A stretch of DNA of 64,000 bases. Origin: Nitrospirota bacterium (GTDB taxonomy: Bacteria > Nitrospirota > Thermodesulfovibrionia > Thermodesulfovibrionales > Dissulfurispiraceae). The translations under genes and the position numbers were made by a program. Below, one piece after another: positions 49,000 through 59,995 of the stretch. How positions within the stretch are numbered: the stretch's first letter is position 1; every line of letters begins with the position of its first letter. The notes beneath the pieces were generated by a model, which had not been told where the DNA came from, searched no databases, and saw only the letters and a program-made list of their open reading frames with translations. Where the stretch lies: NCBI GenBank assembly GCA_963790025.1, contig CAWBMP010000002.1, positions 384,001 to 448,000 of the forward strand. Direction: 5' to 3'.

Positions 49000-49113
49000 A
49001 TGCAAAAAGAAAGTTTTTCCAGAAAGATAGCTTTCCTGAGGGCTGGATGGTGGATAATTCATTTTATCGGTATATCAATTGTGTATACATTGGGGCATCT
49101 TCTCTGGAGGTAA
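49000..49113 (+). CDS. 37-aa single-TM protein, GWW..H...LGH motif (not in ORF track)
   Basis: MQKESFSRKIAFLRAGWWIIHFIGISIVYTLGHLLWR*; paralogous to the next ORF. Confidence 0.7.
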   Translation: MQKESFSRKIAFLRAGWWIIHFIGISIVYTLGHLLWR

Positions 49114-49114
49114 T

Positions 49115-49219
49115 ATGCTGAAGTATTTTATGCGGTTCAAACCCGGCTGGTGGATTCTCCACATTCTCGCGATAGGGCTGACTTTTTATCTTGGCCATAT
49201 GGCAAGATTTTCGTCTTAG
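49115..49219 (+). CDS. 34-aa single-TM protein, GWW..H...LGH motif (not in ORF track)
   Basis: GGAGG RBS; MLKYFMRFKPGWWILHILAIGLTFYLGHMARFSS*. Confidence 0.75.
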   Translation: MLKYFMRFKPGWWILHILAIGLTFYLGHMARFSS

Positions 49220-49228
49220 GGTTTGCGC

Positions 49229-49630
49229 ATGACTAAAAAAGTATTGCTGGTTGCCTTGTTTCTCATAGCATTGTCGGGGTTGATGCTTCATTGGCGCATC
49301 CATAGCTTCATGGTGCACGACAAAGTGCACCCTGAGGTTCTGGTTTTCGACGGTACCCGCTTCCTCTCTTTTATATTTCCGCTTATTGATGTTATTGTAG
49401 TAACGATACTCTTCATGTCGAGGAAGACTGCTGTTTATGGCTATCTTCTTAACGGGTTAATAGTAATTTACGGAACGGTTTTTATGGCCCATTTCAGTAT
49501 TGCCGAAATGATCACAAAATCTCTGCCCCTCGACTCGCTGCTGGTGAAATCGACACTGCCGGATATCATGGTGGCATGGGTTGATTTTTTGATTGGCAAA
49601 GCACTTTACGACCTGCACATGAAAGGTTGA
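49229..49630 (+). CDS. Hypothetical membrane protein (~4 TM) with His residues at helix ends
   Basis: LMLHWRIH and FMAHF within or next to hydrophobic helices. Confidence 0.8.
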   Translation: MTKKVLLVALFLIALSGLMLHWRIHSFMVHDKVHPEVLVFDGTRFLSFIFPLIDVIVVTILFMSRKTAVYGYLLNGLIVIYGTVFMAHFSIAEMITKSLPLDSLLVKSTLPDIMVAWVDFLIGKALYDLHMKG

Positions 49631-49634
49631 TATA

Positions 49635-50081
49635 ATGCCGCACGCGGGTTTGATGAATGCTTATGAACTTGGTCCCGAAGCAGCAGCCCTGCAGCAGGCA
49701 AAGCTTCACATAAGGGGTGGAAGGCGCAGATTGACACAGGGAAAGATCGCTGAAGGCATAGTTACGCTCTACGATGCCCTGAGCAGTGCAATGCAGTGGT
49801 ATATACTTTCCCCCGCGCGTCGGGCGCTGCTCCGCATTACTGATGATGACGACCTTAACAACGATAGAACCGTTTTTGACATTTTGACCAGCTCAGGAGT
49901 ACTTGACGGAACCTTCGATTACGAAGCTTTTGACCTGGTAGTGGAGCGGGCGCTCCGTGAAAGTCTCCCTGATTATGATTATTCCCCCCTGGTTGAGGGA
50001 ATCGAATCAGTGATGACGCAGCTCCGGGTGATGCCTTTCGATGAAAATTCGCTTCCGCCCGAAGACCCGGCAACATATTAA
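49635..50081 (+). CDS. Hypothetical protein
   Basis: 148-aa ORF 4 nt after the previous gene. Confidence 0.75.
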   Translation: MPHAGLMNAYELGPEAAALQQAKLHIRGGRRRLTQGKIAEGIVTLYDALSSAMQWYILSPARRALLRITDDDDLNNDRTVFDILTSSGVLDGTFDYEAFDLVVERALRESLPDYDYSPLVEGIESVMTQLRVMPFDENSLPPEDPATY

Positions 50082-50176
50082 AAAAGGTAAAGGTATAGAC
50101 AGAGGTAGAGTAAAAAAACATATTTTTTTATCTTTACCTATATCTTCACCTTTGCCTGTCTTTAAAGGGGGAGAGA

Positions 50177-50596
50177 ATGATTTTTACCGAGGACTTTGAC
50201 GACCAGTTGAGAAGTCTGGGCAGGGAATTCCTGATTGCCGATATTCAGTATGTGAACAGCTTGACTTCGTGGACAAAAAAGAATAACGCATCGCTGAGCG
50301 AGCCCGCACAGCCCATGAAACTTATCACAGGCGCCAATAACCAGCTTGTGATGATTGTGCAAAAAGAGATAAGTGATGAGGCGGTTGAAGGCATTATCAA
50401 CGCGCTGAGTGTGAGGTGGGCGGTCAGCGATGTTGTTACGGATATCAACAAACGGCTTAACAGCCCCGAGAAAAAGCTGGCCTGGTACTTTCTGAAAGAA
50501 TATGCCAGGACAAAAGAAGACCTCGTCGGAGACGACCTGCTTGAAGATCGGTGGACCATCAATAAGATGGAGAAATTGGGATTTTTCAGAAAATGA
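50177..50596 (+). CDS. Hypothetical protein
   Basis: GGGGAG RBS; ATGA overlap with the next gene. Confidence 0.75.
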   Translation: MIFTEDFDDQLRSLGREFLIADIQYVNSLTSWTKKNNASLSEPAQPMKLITGANNQLVMIVQKEISDEAVEGIINALSVRWAVSDVVTDINKRLNSPEKKLAWYFLKEYARTKEDLVGDDLLEDRWTINKMEKLGFFRK

Positions 50597-52551
50597 ACAG
50601 ACTCGCTAAAGAGAGGTCTCCCTATCTTGCCCATGCAGCCGGTCAGAAGATAGACTGGCATCCATGGTCTGAAGAAGCATTTGAAAAAGCGCGCCGCGAG
50701 GACAAACCGGTTTTCCTGAGTTCTGGCGCCATATGGTGCCACTGGTGTCATGTGATGGCAAAGGAATGTTTTTTTGATGACGAGATTGCCGCTCTGCTCA
50801 ACGAAAATTTTGTGAGTATAAAGCTTGACAGGGATGAGCGGCCTGACATTGACAGGCGCTACCAGCATGCAGTAACTGCAATGGGAGCTGCAGGAGGATG
50901 GCCGCTCAGCGTGTTTCTTACGGCCGAAAAAAAGCCTTTTTTCGGGGGCACCTATTTCCCGCCTGATGACAGTTACGGAAGGCCGGGGTTTAAAAAAGTA
51001 CTCAGGGAAATTAGCAAAGCATACAAGTCGGACAGGCGGGAAGTCGAGCGCTACACAGAGCAGCTGATGGATTTCATCAAGCCGAAGCCCGCTATATGGG
51101 GCGACATAAACAGAACACTGCTTGACGGCGTGCAGCCAGCTATGCTGTCGCAATTTGACGCTCAGAACGGCGGGTTCGGCACTGCCCCAAAATTTCCCAT
51201 GCCAGGTGCAATATCATTCCTGCTTTACCAGCATTTTTTTACGGGCAGCGAGTCAAGCGGTTATTCTGCAATAAAAACGCTTGAGGCCATGGCAAAAGGC
51301 GGGTTCCATGATCAGCTCAAGGGCGGATTCCACCGGTACTCTGTTGATGAAGGCTGGATTGTTCCCCACTTCGAGAAGATGGCCGATGATAACGCATGGC
51401 TTCTGAGAAATTATGCCGATGCCTGGTCCATCTTCGGCAACGACTATTTCAAAGAGGTCGCACTGGGAATTATCAGCTTTACCAGGGATGTCCTGTCCGA
51501 CAAAGAGGGAGGGTTTTATGCGAGCCAGGATGCTGATGTTACCCCTGATGACGAGGGAGGATATTTCACCTGGACAGAAGATGATTTCAAAAGTGTGCTG
51601 AACGATGAAGAATTCCCGGTGCTTTCCCTGCATCTGCTCCACGACCGGGGGAGCATGCACCACGACAGTACAAAGCATGTTCTTTTTGTTGCCACAGAAA
51701 GCGACGCTATCGCGCAGGAGCTCAAAATGGATGCAGGCCTGCCTGATCACCTTATCAGGCAGGGCAAAGCCAAGCTGCTTCAGGCACGGCAAAAGCGGGA
51801 GGAGCCCTTTATCGATACAACAATCTACACCTCCTTAAACGGAATGCTGATAACATCGTATCTCAGGGCTTACCGGGCCTTTAAAGATATCGCCATAAAG
51901 GATTTTGCACTCAAAAGTCTATGGAGAATACTGGAAATCAGTTTTGCAGAAAAAGAACTGCTCCATACCTATGGGATAAAAGCGCTGCTGGACGATTACG
52001 TATATTTAATCGAGGCGCTTGTTGCAGCCTATGAAGTTTCCGGCAACAGAGAATTCCTTGGCACGGCCGATGCACTAATGGAAAAATGCCTGGACAGATT
52101 CTGGGACAAGAATGGAGGCGGCTTTTTCGATACCGATACCGAGGTCCTCGGTCTAAGATTGAAGGGGATTGAAGACATCCCTCATCCATCGGCCAATGCT
52201 GCCGCAATAATGCTGCTGATCAAATTGTTTTACGCAACAGACAAATCAATGTATCGCCGGTATGCGGAGATTGCACTTGCGGCATTTTCACAAAAAGTGA
52301 GCGAGTTAGGTATCCATGCAGGACATTATTTCTGCTCGCTTGATTCTCATTTTCGTATGATACGGTTGACAGTGGAAGCCCGCCCGGAGAGCAGGCTCGG
52401 CAATATGGCTGTCTCCCTATTTGCCCCATATATAAGCATTGTTTACTCCAAAGACAACAACCGTATTGTCCCGTGTATGGGCGGTTCATGTTATGAGCCG
52501 GTAGAAGATGAAGAACAGTTAAAGGAATTTATCCGCTCAACCAGGAAATGA
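50593..52551 (+). CDS. YyaL/SSP411 thioredoxin-domain protein (DUF255)
   Basis: NRL...SPYL, WCHWCHVM, GGWPL, APKFP, PHFEKM. Confidence 0.93.
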   Translation: MNRLAKERSPYLAHAAGQKIDWHPWSEEAFEKARREDKPVFLSSGAIWCHWCHVMAKECFFDDEIAALLNENFVSIKLDRDERPDIDRRYQHAVTAMGAAGGWPLSVFLTAEKKPFFGGTYFPPDDSYGRPGFKKVLREISKAYKSDRREVERYTEQLMDFIKPKPAIWGDINRTLLDGVQPAMLSQFDAQNGGFGTAPKFPMPGAISFLLYQHFFTGSESSGYSAIKTLEAMAKGGFHDQLKGGFHRYSVDEGWIVPHFEKMADDNAWLLRNYADAWSIFGNDYFKEVALGIISFTRDVLSDKEGGFYASQDADVTPDDEGGYFTWTEDDFKSVLNDEEFPVLSLHLLHDRGSMHHDSTKHVLFVATESDAIAQELKMDAGLPDHLIRQGKAKLLQARQKREEPFIDTTIYTSLNGMLITSYLRAYRAFKDIAIKDFALKSLWRILEISFAEKELLHTYGIKALLDDYVYLIEALVAAYEVSGNREFLGTADALMEKCLDRFWDKNGGGFFDTDTEVLGLRLKGIEDIPHPSANAAAIMLLIKLFYATDKSMYRRYAEIALAAFSQKVSELGIHAGHYFCSLDSHFRMIRLTVEARPESRLGNMAVSLFAPYISIVYSKDNNRIVPCMGGSCYEPVEDEEQLKEFIRSTRK

Positions 52552-52918
52552 CTAATAAATGGGACGGTTCTATTTTTCTTCACCCCCCCAGGGAAAATTG
52601 CATATTATTGTACATGACTCGCAAGAATTTCAATAACATTTAGACCCTAGTTTACACTTCGCGGAGGGAAACGCATCAAATCTTTCTTGTCTTTTTCGAA
52701 CCCACCACATCGATTAATTAAAATGATCATTGCAAGGAAAATTTCGAAAGTGTAAGATTGTTAATCCAAACAATTTAAGGTTTAAATGTGTCGGCCACTG
52801 CCTAAAGAAACAAATAGTGGCAACTATAGCTTAGGGCTTTTCTTAGATTTCTCGCTTGTCAAGGAATATGCCGCTGCTCCTGTAGGTGAATTGGCATAAG
52901 AAGTGCCGATATGATAAA

Positions 52919-55156
52919 TCATCCTTTCGGGCCCATATCACTCCATTTTTTAAGTTTTTCAAGTAATTGGGCCTGATTAAACGGCTTGGGAAGGTAATCA
53001 TCCATTCCGGCTTTTAGACAATTTTCTTTATCGTTTTCCATCGCAAGGGCTGTCAGCGCTATTATCGGCACATGGACCGGTATTACATCATGATTCAGTG
53101 ATTCCACGTTCTTTAGCTTTTGTCTTTCCCTTATTGTTCTTGTCGCTTCAAAGCCGTCCATATCAGGCATCTGACAATCCATAAGCACGATGTCATACTG
53201 TCCGGCTAACACTGCACCTACGGCCTCCCTGCCGTTATTAGCCAGATCAACACTGCAGCCCATACTCTCCAGCATGGCTGCTCCAATTGCTTGATTGACA
53301 ATATTGTCCTCCACAAGCAGGACTTTTAGGTTTGATTTTAAAGACTGGGAAAGCGGTTTCATTATAGTTTCAGGTTGCATAGACTTGCCATCATATACCG
53401 GTGATAACTTCATCATTGTTAATATGCTCTTATACAGATAGGATTGCCTCACCGGCTTGCTTAGAACGCACTGGATCCCTGCCTTGCGAGCCTCTTCATC
53501 ATCAATATAAGGGCCGGCTAAAGAAAGCAGCATAAGCCTTAATTCCTTGAAAACAGGATCGGCTTTAATGTTATTCGCCAACTCCAAACCGTCCATTTCA
53601 GGCATTAACATATCGAGTATGACAAGGTCATAAGGATCATTCTGCATTATTGAACCCTGAAGCAGCTCCAGAGACTTGCGCCCGTTTTCAGCGTTGTCGG
53701 CCCTCATACCCCAACTGCTGATCTGGTTCTGCAGTATATTTCTGTTAGTAGCGTTGTCATCAACTATAAGCACCCTCTTGTCTTTTAGTATTTCTTCGGG
53801 GACCAGTGACGCAATTGTTTGGGGTGTTCTTTTCTTCAAGCGAACTGTAAACCAGAAGGTTGCCCCCTTACCGGGAACGCTCTCGACTCCTATCTCTCCG
53901 CCCATTAATTCAGCAACTTGTTTTGATATGGACAATCCCAGACCGGTGCCTTCATATGCCCTGGTGCTAGATGCATCCGCCTGGGAAAAGGGACGGAATA
54001 TAAATTTCATATATTCAGGGGCAATACCAATACCAGTGTCTTTAATCTCTGTACGTATCAGGGCAGTGCCATTTATGTCCTCCGCTTTCTCCATGCTAAT
54101 AAGTATTTCACCTTTGGGGGTGAACTTGATTGCATTGCCAATCAGGTTAATCAATATCTGCTGCAGACGCGCAGGGTCTCCTGAGACTGTTGCAGGCATA
54201 TCGCTGCTTATGTTGCACATAAGCTCCAGCCCCTTGGAATGTGCTCGTGCGGCAAACATTTCGACTGTGTTTTCTACTGTCTCGTACAGGTCAAAGGGGA
54301 CATCCCCGATCTCAAGCTTGCCTGCCTCTATCTTTGATAAATCAAGTATGTCATTGATTACATTGAGCAGGGAATCTGCTGAAAGCTGTATTGCTTCGGC
54401 AAATTTCCGCTGCTTTTCAGTCAACCCGGAGTTCAGGAGCAGATCGGTCATACCTATAACGCCGTTCATAGGTGTGCGTATCTCATGGCTCATGTTTGCA
54501 AGGAATAACGATTTAGCGGCATTTGCCTTTTCAGCCAGTTCCCTCGCCGCCTTAAGTTCCTGTGTACGCTTTTCCACCTCCTGCTCAAGAAAAACCGTAT
54601 TTTCACGCAACAAGGAATTCAGGATGAAACTCTCGATGTAGTAAGCTGCATTTCTGAGAATTATAGAGAGAATCAGCAAAAATGGGTCAGCAGCTGCAAC
54701 ATCACTTTCTTTTATCAAGCCTATAAACATTCCCCTGATTCTTGCAATTGTTGACACAACGTGCATTACAAGCGTAAAGCCTGATAGCAATGAAGGCACC
54801 ATTATAGGTCTGTTCTGGTTCAATGCCCAGGCAAAAGTGCCATCCAATATTTTATTGTCGACTTCCTTCTGCAGAATCCCCCGATCCGTTGCAGGATCAC
54901 AATCTGTCATAACAAAACTGTTATCTGATTCGTCTATGTACAAAAACGCCATACTGTTAAATGAAAAGATGCGCTTCAACTGATCACGTACAGCAGAAAA
55001 TATTTCCCTGACATCGCTTTTTTGGCTTATATGTGCCTGAAAATCACCGCTTGACGCCAGCATGTCAAGAGAGTCAAGCAGCCTTCTGTCAATGGCCTCA
55101 AGATATCTGCAACGTTGTTCTAAATATTCCGTTTCTTTTCTATTTGAATTCTTCAT
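52919..55156 (-). CDS. Hybrid sensor histidine kinase with two receiver domains
   Basis: [27 protein letters not shown]; two REC domains (LDMLMP, MDCQMP). Confidence 0.95.
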   Translation of the reverse strand: MKNSNRKETEYLEQRCRYLEAIDRRLLDSLDMLASSGDFQAHISQKSDVREIFSAVRDQLKRIFSFNSMAFLYIDESDNSFVMTDCDPATDRGILQKEVDNKILDGTFAWALNQNRPIMVPSLLSGFTLVMHVVSTIARIRGMFIGLIKESDVAAADPFLLILSIILRNAAYYIESFILNSLLRENTVFLEQEVEKRTQELKAARELAEKANAAKSLFLANMSHEIRTPMNGVIGMTDLLLNSGLTEKQRKFAEAIQLSADSLLNVINDILDLSKIEAGKLEIGDVPFDLYETVENTVEMFAARAHSKGLELMCNISSDMPATVSGDPARLQQILINLIGNAIKFTPKGEILISMEKAEDINGTALIRTEIKDTGIGIAPEYMKFIFRPFSQADASSTRAYEGTGLGLSISKQVAELMGGEIGVESVPGKGATFWFTVRLKKRTPQTIASLVPEEILKDKRVLIVDDNATNRNILQNQISSWGMRADNAENGRKSLELLQGSIMQNDPYDLVILDMLMPEMDGLELANNIKADPVFKELRLMLLSLAGPYIDDEEARKAGIQCVLSKPVRQSYLYKSILTMMKLSPVYDGKSMQPETIMKPLSQSLKSNLKVLLVEDNIVNQAIGAAMLESMGCSVDLANNGREAVGAVLAGQYDIVLMDCQMPDMDGFEATRTIRERQKLKNVESLNHDVIPVHVPIIALTALAMENDKENCLKAGMDDYLPKPFNQAQLLEKLKKWSDMGPKG

Positions 55157-56023
55157 TCATTTTCCCATGTTATGTCCCAGCAAGTGCAGTGCCTCATTGA
55201 AATGTCTTTCAGCCTGGTCAAAGATAGATGATATAAGGCTCGTCGGTAAATCAAGCATCTCCCAGGCCCTAGTATTCATGGGAGGCACGTATGTATCCCC
55301 ACTTCTCCCGAATTGCATGGCATGGGTCATAAACTCTGCAATATGAACAATTGCGGCCCCTGTCGGAAAATGTTTCGCTCGCAAAGGATAATGGTGGCAG
55401 GCGACAATTTCCCTTAGACTTAAGGGAATCTTCCATTCATCCAGCAGAACATCACCCATCTCAGCATGATCAAAACCAATAGCCCTCCGCTCGCCCTCAA
55501 AGAGAAGTTCACTGTGCTCCCTGCAGTTCAGAACAACTTCTCTGAACATTTTAGGAATTTTAATACAGATAATAAGACGGCCTATATCATGCATTATGCC
55601 GGCCACAAAAAATCGTTCCACATTCGGTTCCCTTTTATAAATTGCTATTATCCTGGCAATCACACCGCAGCCTATACTGTGGCGCCAAAACGCCTCTATC
55701 GTAATAAGGTCTTCAGGAATTCCCTTAAACAACTCCATAACCGACGTAGCGAGTACAAGGTCAAGAATCTGCTGTGTTCCTATGATTGTAACAGCTTTTG
55801 TAATTGTCTCAACTCTTGATGGAAATGAAAAGAATGCACTATTCGCCAGTCTGAGTATGCGGGCCGTCAGACCCTGATCTTCGCTTATTATCTTTCCCAT
55901 GTCGAGAACCGAACTGCATGGATTATTGATAACCTCATTCAGCTTTAAGTAAACAAATGGGGGGGTAGAAAGCTGAAGATCGTCTATTATTAAATCATGG
56001 GGGGTTTTTTTATCCAAGGACAA
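55157..56023 (-). CDS. HDOD domain protein
   Basis: LRLANSAFF, FWRHS, HDIGRL, DHAEMG, HHYP. Confidence 0.92.
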   Translation of the reverse strand: MSLDKKTPHDLIIDDLQLSTPPFVYLKLNEVINNPCSSVLDMGKIISEDQGLTARILRLANSAFFSFPSRVETITKAVTIIGTQQILDLVLATSVMELFKGIPEDLITIEAFWRHSIGCGVIARIIAIYKREPNVERFFVAGIMHDIGRLIICIKIPKMFREVVLNCREHSELLFEGERRAIGFDHAEMGDVLLDEWKIPLSLREIVACHHYPLRAKHFPTGAAIVHIAEFMTHAMQFGRSGDTYVPPMNTRAWEMLDLPTSLISSIFDQAERHFNEALHLLGHNMGK

Positions 56024-56360
56024 CTCCCTCGGCTAACATGCGGGCTCTTCTCACAACGCTGAGACGGAACATTTCTCTTACTGCATGATTACCCATGTCG
56101 GTGTGGAGGAATGCGATGCCCATTTCTTCCTCAGCCCTTTTAATAAGAAGGGGATTTATCTCTTCACTTACGGCCGGCTCGTCTTGATTCGGTGCTGCTC
56201 CTTGCACATCTACTTCAGTAACACCCCATGCCCTGAAAACGATAATGTGCTTTTCGGAAATATCTCTACCTGAAGGAAGTAAAAGACGTCCATTGATGTC
56301 CTTGACATCGCTCTCCAATTTCATTCCAGGCTTCAAAAACTCTATACCGACTTTGCCCAT
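56010..56360 (-). CDS. Hypothetical protein (LKPGM..DV..GRLL accessory domain)
   Basis: Overlaps the HDOD gene; resembles N-terminal domains of HD-type proteins. Confidence 0.75.
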   Translation of the reverse strand: MGKVGIEFLKPGMKLESDVKDINGRLLLPSGRDISEKHIIVFRAWGVTEVDVQGAAPNQDEPAVSEEINPLLIKRAEEEMGIAFLHTDMGNHAVREMFRLSVVRRARMLAEGVVLG

Positions 56361-56449
56361 AAGTTATTACCCGTTTTCAGCAATTATAGCACCGTTTGGA
56401 ATAGCTGCACAATCGGTGTGCAACGGAACGGCTGTCCCAGACAAGACTG

Positions 56450-56722
56450 TCATGCCAAACCACGTATAAAGCGTTCTTCGTCCTTTTTACTCAGAATTTT
56501 CAGAACCACCGTTCTGCCCGGTTCAACTATATAAAACACCCGATATGTGTCTACCCTGGGCCGATAATAATCCAATTTCTTCCCTCTGATCTTTTTGATC
56601 GGTTTTCCTCTGGAGAATGGGTTTCCCCTGAGTATCTGCAATGCCCGAACAATCTTCCGGCAAACAGCGTCGCTGAAATCGTCAAGGTCTTTAACGGCTC
56701 AGGGTGAAAGGACTACCTGAAC
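56450..56722 (-). pseudogene. RelE/ParE-family toxin pseudogene
   Basis: In frame VQVVLSP*AVKDLDDF...YRPRVDTYRVFY with TGA at 56699-56701; no start codon or antitoxin. Confidence 0.7.
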
Positions 56723-57762
56723 ATTACAACTGCCAGCGCAAAGATGCCGTAAATTACTCCTCCCAAAAGCATGGCAACAGGTGAGACTTTCTTTCCTAAA
56801 TGAATGTTTGCGATGACTATCAAAGCGGAGATTAGCGCCAGTGCAGCAGACAGCAGCGCCAGGCCCGAAATCGTCCAGTCGGTAAAAAGCAGTCCCACCG
56901 AGACGGGAAAGGTTGCTTGAAAAACCATGGCTCCCGTGATATTTCCCACGGCAAGAGTGTCTCTGCCTTTCAGCGTCCATGTTATGCTATTGAATTTTTC
57001 GGGCAATTCAGTGGCAATAGGCGCGACCAGCAGGGCAAACAACAGAGGACTCATTCCCCATGAGAGTGAAAGTTTTTCAAGACTTCCGACAAATATATGA
57101 GCGCCGCCCACCATGATAACAAGCGAGGCGGTTATCTGAAAGCAAATGAGTAATAATGACGTGTTTTTGTATGGTTCCGGCCTCGCTGGTCCGAGTTCCA
57201 TGCCCGCAAACCGCCTGAAGTCTGCAAACAGCTTTTCAAAATGCAATTGTTCGGCATGGAGGATATCAGCGCTTTCCGCCTTGAATGTAGAGTACACATA
57301 CAGCACATATCCGCCGGCAAGCAAAGCTGCTATCAGGATATGACTGTGGGGGACTATGAAGGGCAAGAAGATAGCTGCGCCGTACATGACAACGAAAAAG
57401 ATAAGGTCCCGTTTAGTGGAACCAGGTTCGATATAGAGGGCGAATTTCCTTTTTTTTCTTAGCTTGCCGATCAATACTGTCAGTCCTACAACAAAAAAAG
57501 CAAGTGTTGCAAGCATGAAAGGTGCGCCGAGTATCGCTCCGACCCCTATCTTCCTTGCAGTATCGCCGCCGTGCAGCAGAATGGCGACAAGGGGGAGTAT
57601 GGTCTCGGGTAAGGCAGTGCCGATTGCCGCAAGTATACTTCCGACAACTGCCTGGGACAACGATAGCCGCCTGCCGAACGATTCGATGCCGTTAGTGAAG
57701 AATTCGGCACTGAACAGTATCATGAAGAGACTGAAAATGAGAAACAGAATAGGTTGTATCAT
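56713..57762 (-). CDS. Sodium:calcium antiporter (CaCA family)
   Basis: Alpha repeats GTALPE and ATELPE; GNITG. Confidence 0.9.
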   Translation of the reverse strand: MIQPILFLIFSLFMILFSAEFFTNGIESFGRRLSLSQAVVGSILAAIGTALPETILPLVAILLHGGDTARKIGVGAILGAPFMLATLAFFVVGLTVLIGKLRKKRKFALYIEPGSTKRDLIFFVVMYGAAIFLPFIVPHSHILIAALLAGGYVLYVYSTFKAESADILHAEQLHFEKLFADFRRFAGMELGPARPEPYKNTSLLLICFQITASLVIMVGGAHIFVGSLEKLSLSWGMSPLLFALLVAPIATELPEKFNSITWTLKGRDTLAVGNITGAMVFQATFPVSVGLLFTDWTISGLALLSAALALISALIVIANIHLGKKVSPVAMLLGGVIYGIFALAVVMFR

Positions 57763-58641
57763 TTAACGGACAAGCATCACAGGGCAAGGCGAAGATTTAA
57801 TCAGTGCTTCGGCAATGCTTCCGAGCAGAACACCCTTTGTGGAAGAAACACCCTGTGCCCCGATGACCATCAACTCTGCTTTTTTCTCCACAGCAAGCTC
57901 GTTGATGGCTTTATAAGGGACTCCTGTCCGGACAATGCGCTCTGCTCCTTCACATAAGTCCGACAGGGAGCATATCGATTTCTCCGCCTCCTGAACTGCG
58001 TGATTTCTATAGTTCCGTTTTTCCTCTTCGCTTAAATTCCTCAGCCTGTCGAAACTTTTTTCCAGTTTAAGGCTTGAGAGTATATGGGCGACTGTTAGTG
58101 CAGAAGAATTTTTTCCCGATAAAAAGCGCGCAAACTCAAGAGCCTTTCCCGAGTGATCGGAAAAATCAACTGCACACAAAATATTTTTTATAGCGACTGA
58201 ACCCAGTGCGGCGCTGTCCGCTTTCTGTCCCCTCACAACCAGCACGGGAATGGCCAAGGATTTAACGAGCCGCTCCGAACTGCTGGTCTGTATCAGATGA
58301 GATTTGTGCACGAGTACGAGGGCGGCAACCGAAAGTTCGCATATTGTCTTGCTGAATGTTTCTACAAGCCTGCCGACTCCAATCCTGCCGGTTGCGGTTA
58401 CACCGTATGCCTTCAGGCTATCAGCCCATTTCTTCAGCTCTGCACCACTCGCATCCTCTTCCTGTTCAATATAAGGCAGAAGGTAGGCGGGGGGAGTAAG
58501 TGCGTAATCCATTGCATTGAGCATTGTGATCTCACCGTCCCCATCCGCGAGGGCTTGTGACAACCATAACGCATAAGATAGGACTTTTTCTGTATCGGCT
58601 CCAAAATCGACTGCGGCGAGTATTGTCTTTTTAGTATCCAT
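57763..58641 (-). CDS. Tandem universal stress protein
   Basis: Two USP domains (AAVDF and CAVDFS; LGSIAE..PCPVM). Confidence 0.92.
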   Translation of the reverse strand: MDTKKTILAAVDFGADTEKVLSYALWLSQALADGDGEITMLNAMDYALTPPAYLLPYIEQEEDASGAELKKWADSLKAYGVTATGRIGVGRLVETFSKTICELSVAALVLVHKSHLIQTSSSERLVKSLAIPVLVVRGQKADSAALGSVAIKNILCAVDFSDHSGKALEFARFLSGKNSSALTVAHILSSLKLEKSFDRLRNLSEEEKRNYRNHAVQEAEKSICSLSDLCEGAERIVRTGVPYKAINELAVEKKAELMVIGAQGVSSTKGVLLGSIAEALIKSSPCPVMLVR

Positions 58642-58823
58642 TTAAAAGATACTATACACTACCTGCTTTGATAAAAAAAGATAGCAAGTACCCAGTAGTA
58701 AGTAGTAAGTGGAAAAGATTGGCAGGAAGAAATAGGTAGTAAGTACAGGCAAACATTAGTAGCAAGTATTTTGATTCTATTCTTTCCCTTTGTCACTTGC
58801 TACTGGCTACTTAGTACTGTTTC

Positions 58824-59180
58824 TCAGACGTATTGAATGGCAACTTCATAGATAATAGCTGAGTGGTCGGCAGAAGGGCCGCCTTCACAACCGAGTTCTC
58901 CCTTTGATAACTCTCTGTGGTTTCCAATCATCCCGGTTAGAATCTCTGTGAAATCAAACCCGCCTTCAACACAGTCTTTGCTCAGACATTCTATGGTAAA
59001 AAAAGCATAGCTACTGGGGAAAAAATTAACAGTCCGGGGCATTGCCTGCTTTATACCTCTTTGACTGTATAACATGCTGATAGCGATGCTTGCAACCTCA
59101 GGGAAGAGCGCAGAGACTAAACCGGCATCAATTCTCTGTTGTCTTCTTTCCGCCCTTGCCGCGCTCTTTTTGTTAAACAT
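58824..59180 (-). CDS. Hypothetical Cys-containing protein downstream of csp
   Basis: GGAGG RBS; CLSKDCVEGGFD...C. Confidence 0.75.
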   Translation of the reverse strand: MFNKKSAARAERRQQRIDAGLVSALFPEVASIAISMLYSQRGIKQAMPRTVNFFPSSYAFFTIECLSKDCVEGGFDFTEILTGMIGNHRELSKGELGCEGGPSADHSAIIYEVAIQYV

Positions 59181-59194
59181 GGTCCTCCCGAAAT

Positions 59195-59230
59195 GAAAAG
59201 GCCCCCTCCAAAAGGAAAGGGCCTTTCCCG
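59195..59230 (-). terminator. Terminator-like hairpin after csp
   Basis: AAAGGCCC ... GGGCCTTT; T run follows on the minus strand. Confidence 0.6.
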
Positions 59231-59235
59231 ATTAA

Positions 59236-59436
59236 CTACATTTTAACAACGTTGATTGCCTTTGGGCCTTTTGGTCCATTTTCGGTGTCAAAACTGACTG
59301 GGTCGCCTTCGGCTATGGTCTTGAAGCCGTTGCTCTGAATCGAAGAGTAGTGGACAAATACATCGCCGCCGTCTTCGCTTGTTATAAAGCCAAAGCCCTT
59401 GGCTTCGTTGAACCACTTTACTGTTCCATTAGTCAT
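59236..59436 (-). CDS. cspA: Cold-shock protein
   Basis: GTVKWFN, KGFGFI, DVFVHYS. Confidence 0.95.
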   Translation of the reverse strand: MTNGTVKWFNEAKGFGFITSEDGGDVFVHYSSIQSNGFKTIAEGDPVSFDTENGPKGPKAINVVKM

Positions 59437-59622
59437 AGTCTTCCCCTCCTTACATAAAGATTAAAGGATCAGAATTAACGTTTTACCAAAATAAAAAAGC
59501 CACGAATCTAAAAGTCTCCGTGGCTATATCTCATTTGCGTTCTAAACAAGCTCTGAAACTTCTGTAATTATAATGGCACAAAGGAGAATAAAAAAGCAAC
59601 TTATCCAATGTCTGGGCACAAA

Positions 59623-59660
59623 TAAAAAGAGGTGGGGACATAATCTCTCCACCTCTTATC
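59623..59660 (-). terminator. Terminator after HU gene
   Basis: AAGAGGTGG ... CCACCTCTT with T tail on the minus strand. Confidence 0.65.
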
Positions 59661-59722
59661 TATCTAATAGGTCGCCGAAATTAAATGGAACAAATATTTA
59701 AAACTGCTCCGTTTGCTACTTG

Positions 59723-59995
59723 TTACTTAACAGCATCTTTCAGCGTTTTCCCGGCAGTAAATTTCGGGATTTTCGCTGCAGGTATCTTGATCTCCGCTCC
59801 CGTCCTCGGATTACGTCCCTTTCTGGCCTTTCTTTTAACAACTGAAAAAGTTCCAAAACCAACGAGTGTAACTTTTTGCCCTTTTTTGAGGGCGAATTTA
59901 ACTGCGTCGATAGTTGCATCGAGTGCTTTTCCTGCATCGGTCTTTGAGAGACCTGCGCCCGATGCAATTTTTTCTATAAGATCTGCTTTCGTCAT
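59723..59995 (-). CDS. hup: DNA-binding protein HU
   Basis: MTKADLI, GFGTF, GRNPRTG, PKFTAGK. Confidence 0.96.
   Translation of the reverse strand: MTKADLIEKIASGAGLSKTDAGKALDATIDAVKFALKKGQKVTLVGFGTFSVVKRKARKGRNPRTGAEIKIPAAKIPKFTAGKTLKDAVK

Noticed and set aside
52560..52910. Possible ncRNA between the converging yyaL-like and kinase genes
   Set aside because: Only short hairpins are visible and no family is recognisable.
53676..54641. 321-aa plus-strand ORF
   Set aside because: Antisense shadow of the hybrid kinase.
56699..56701. Selenocysteine recoding of the TGA in the relE-like frame
   Set aside because: The position is not a Cys site in RelE proteins and the gene also lacks a start codon; a pseudogene is simpler.
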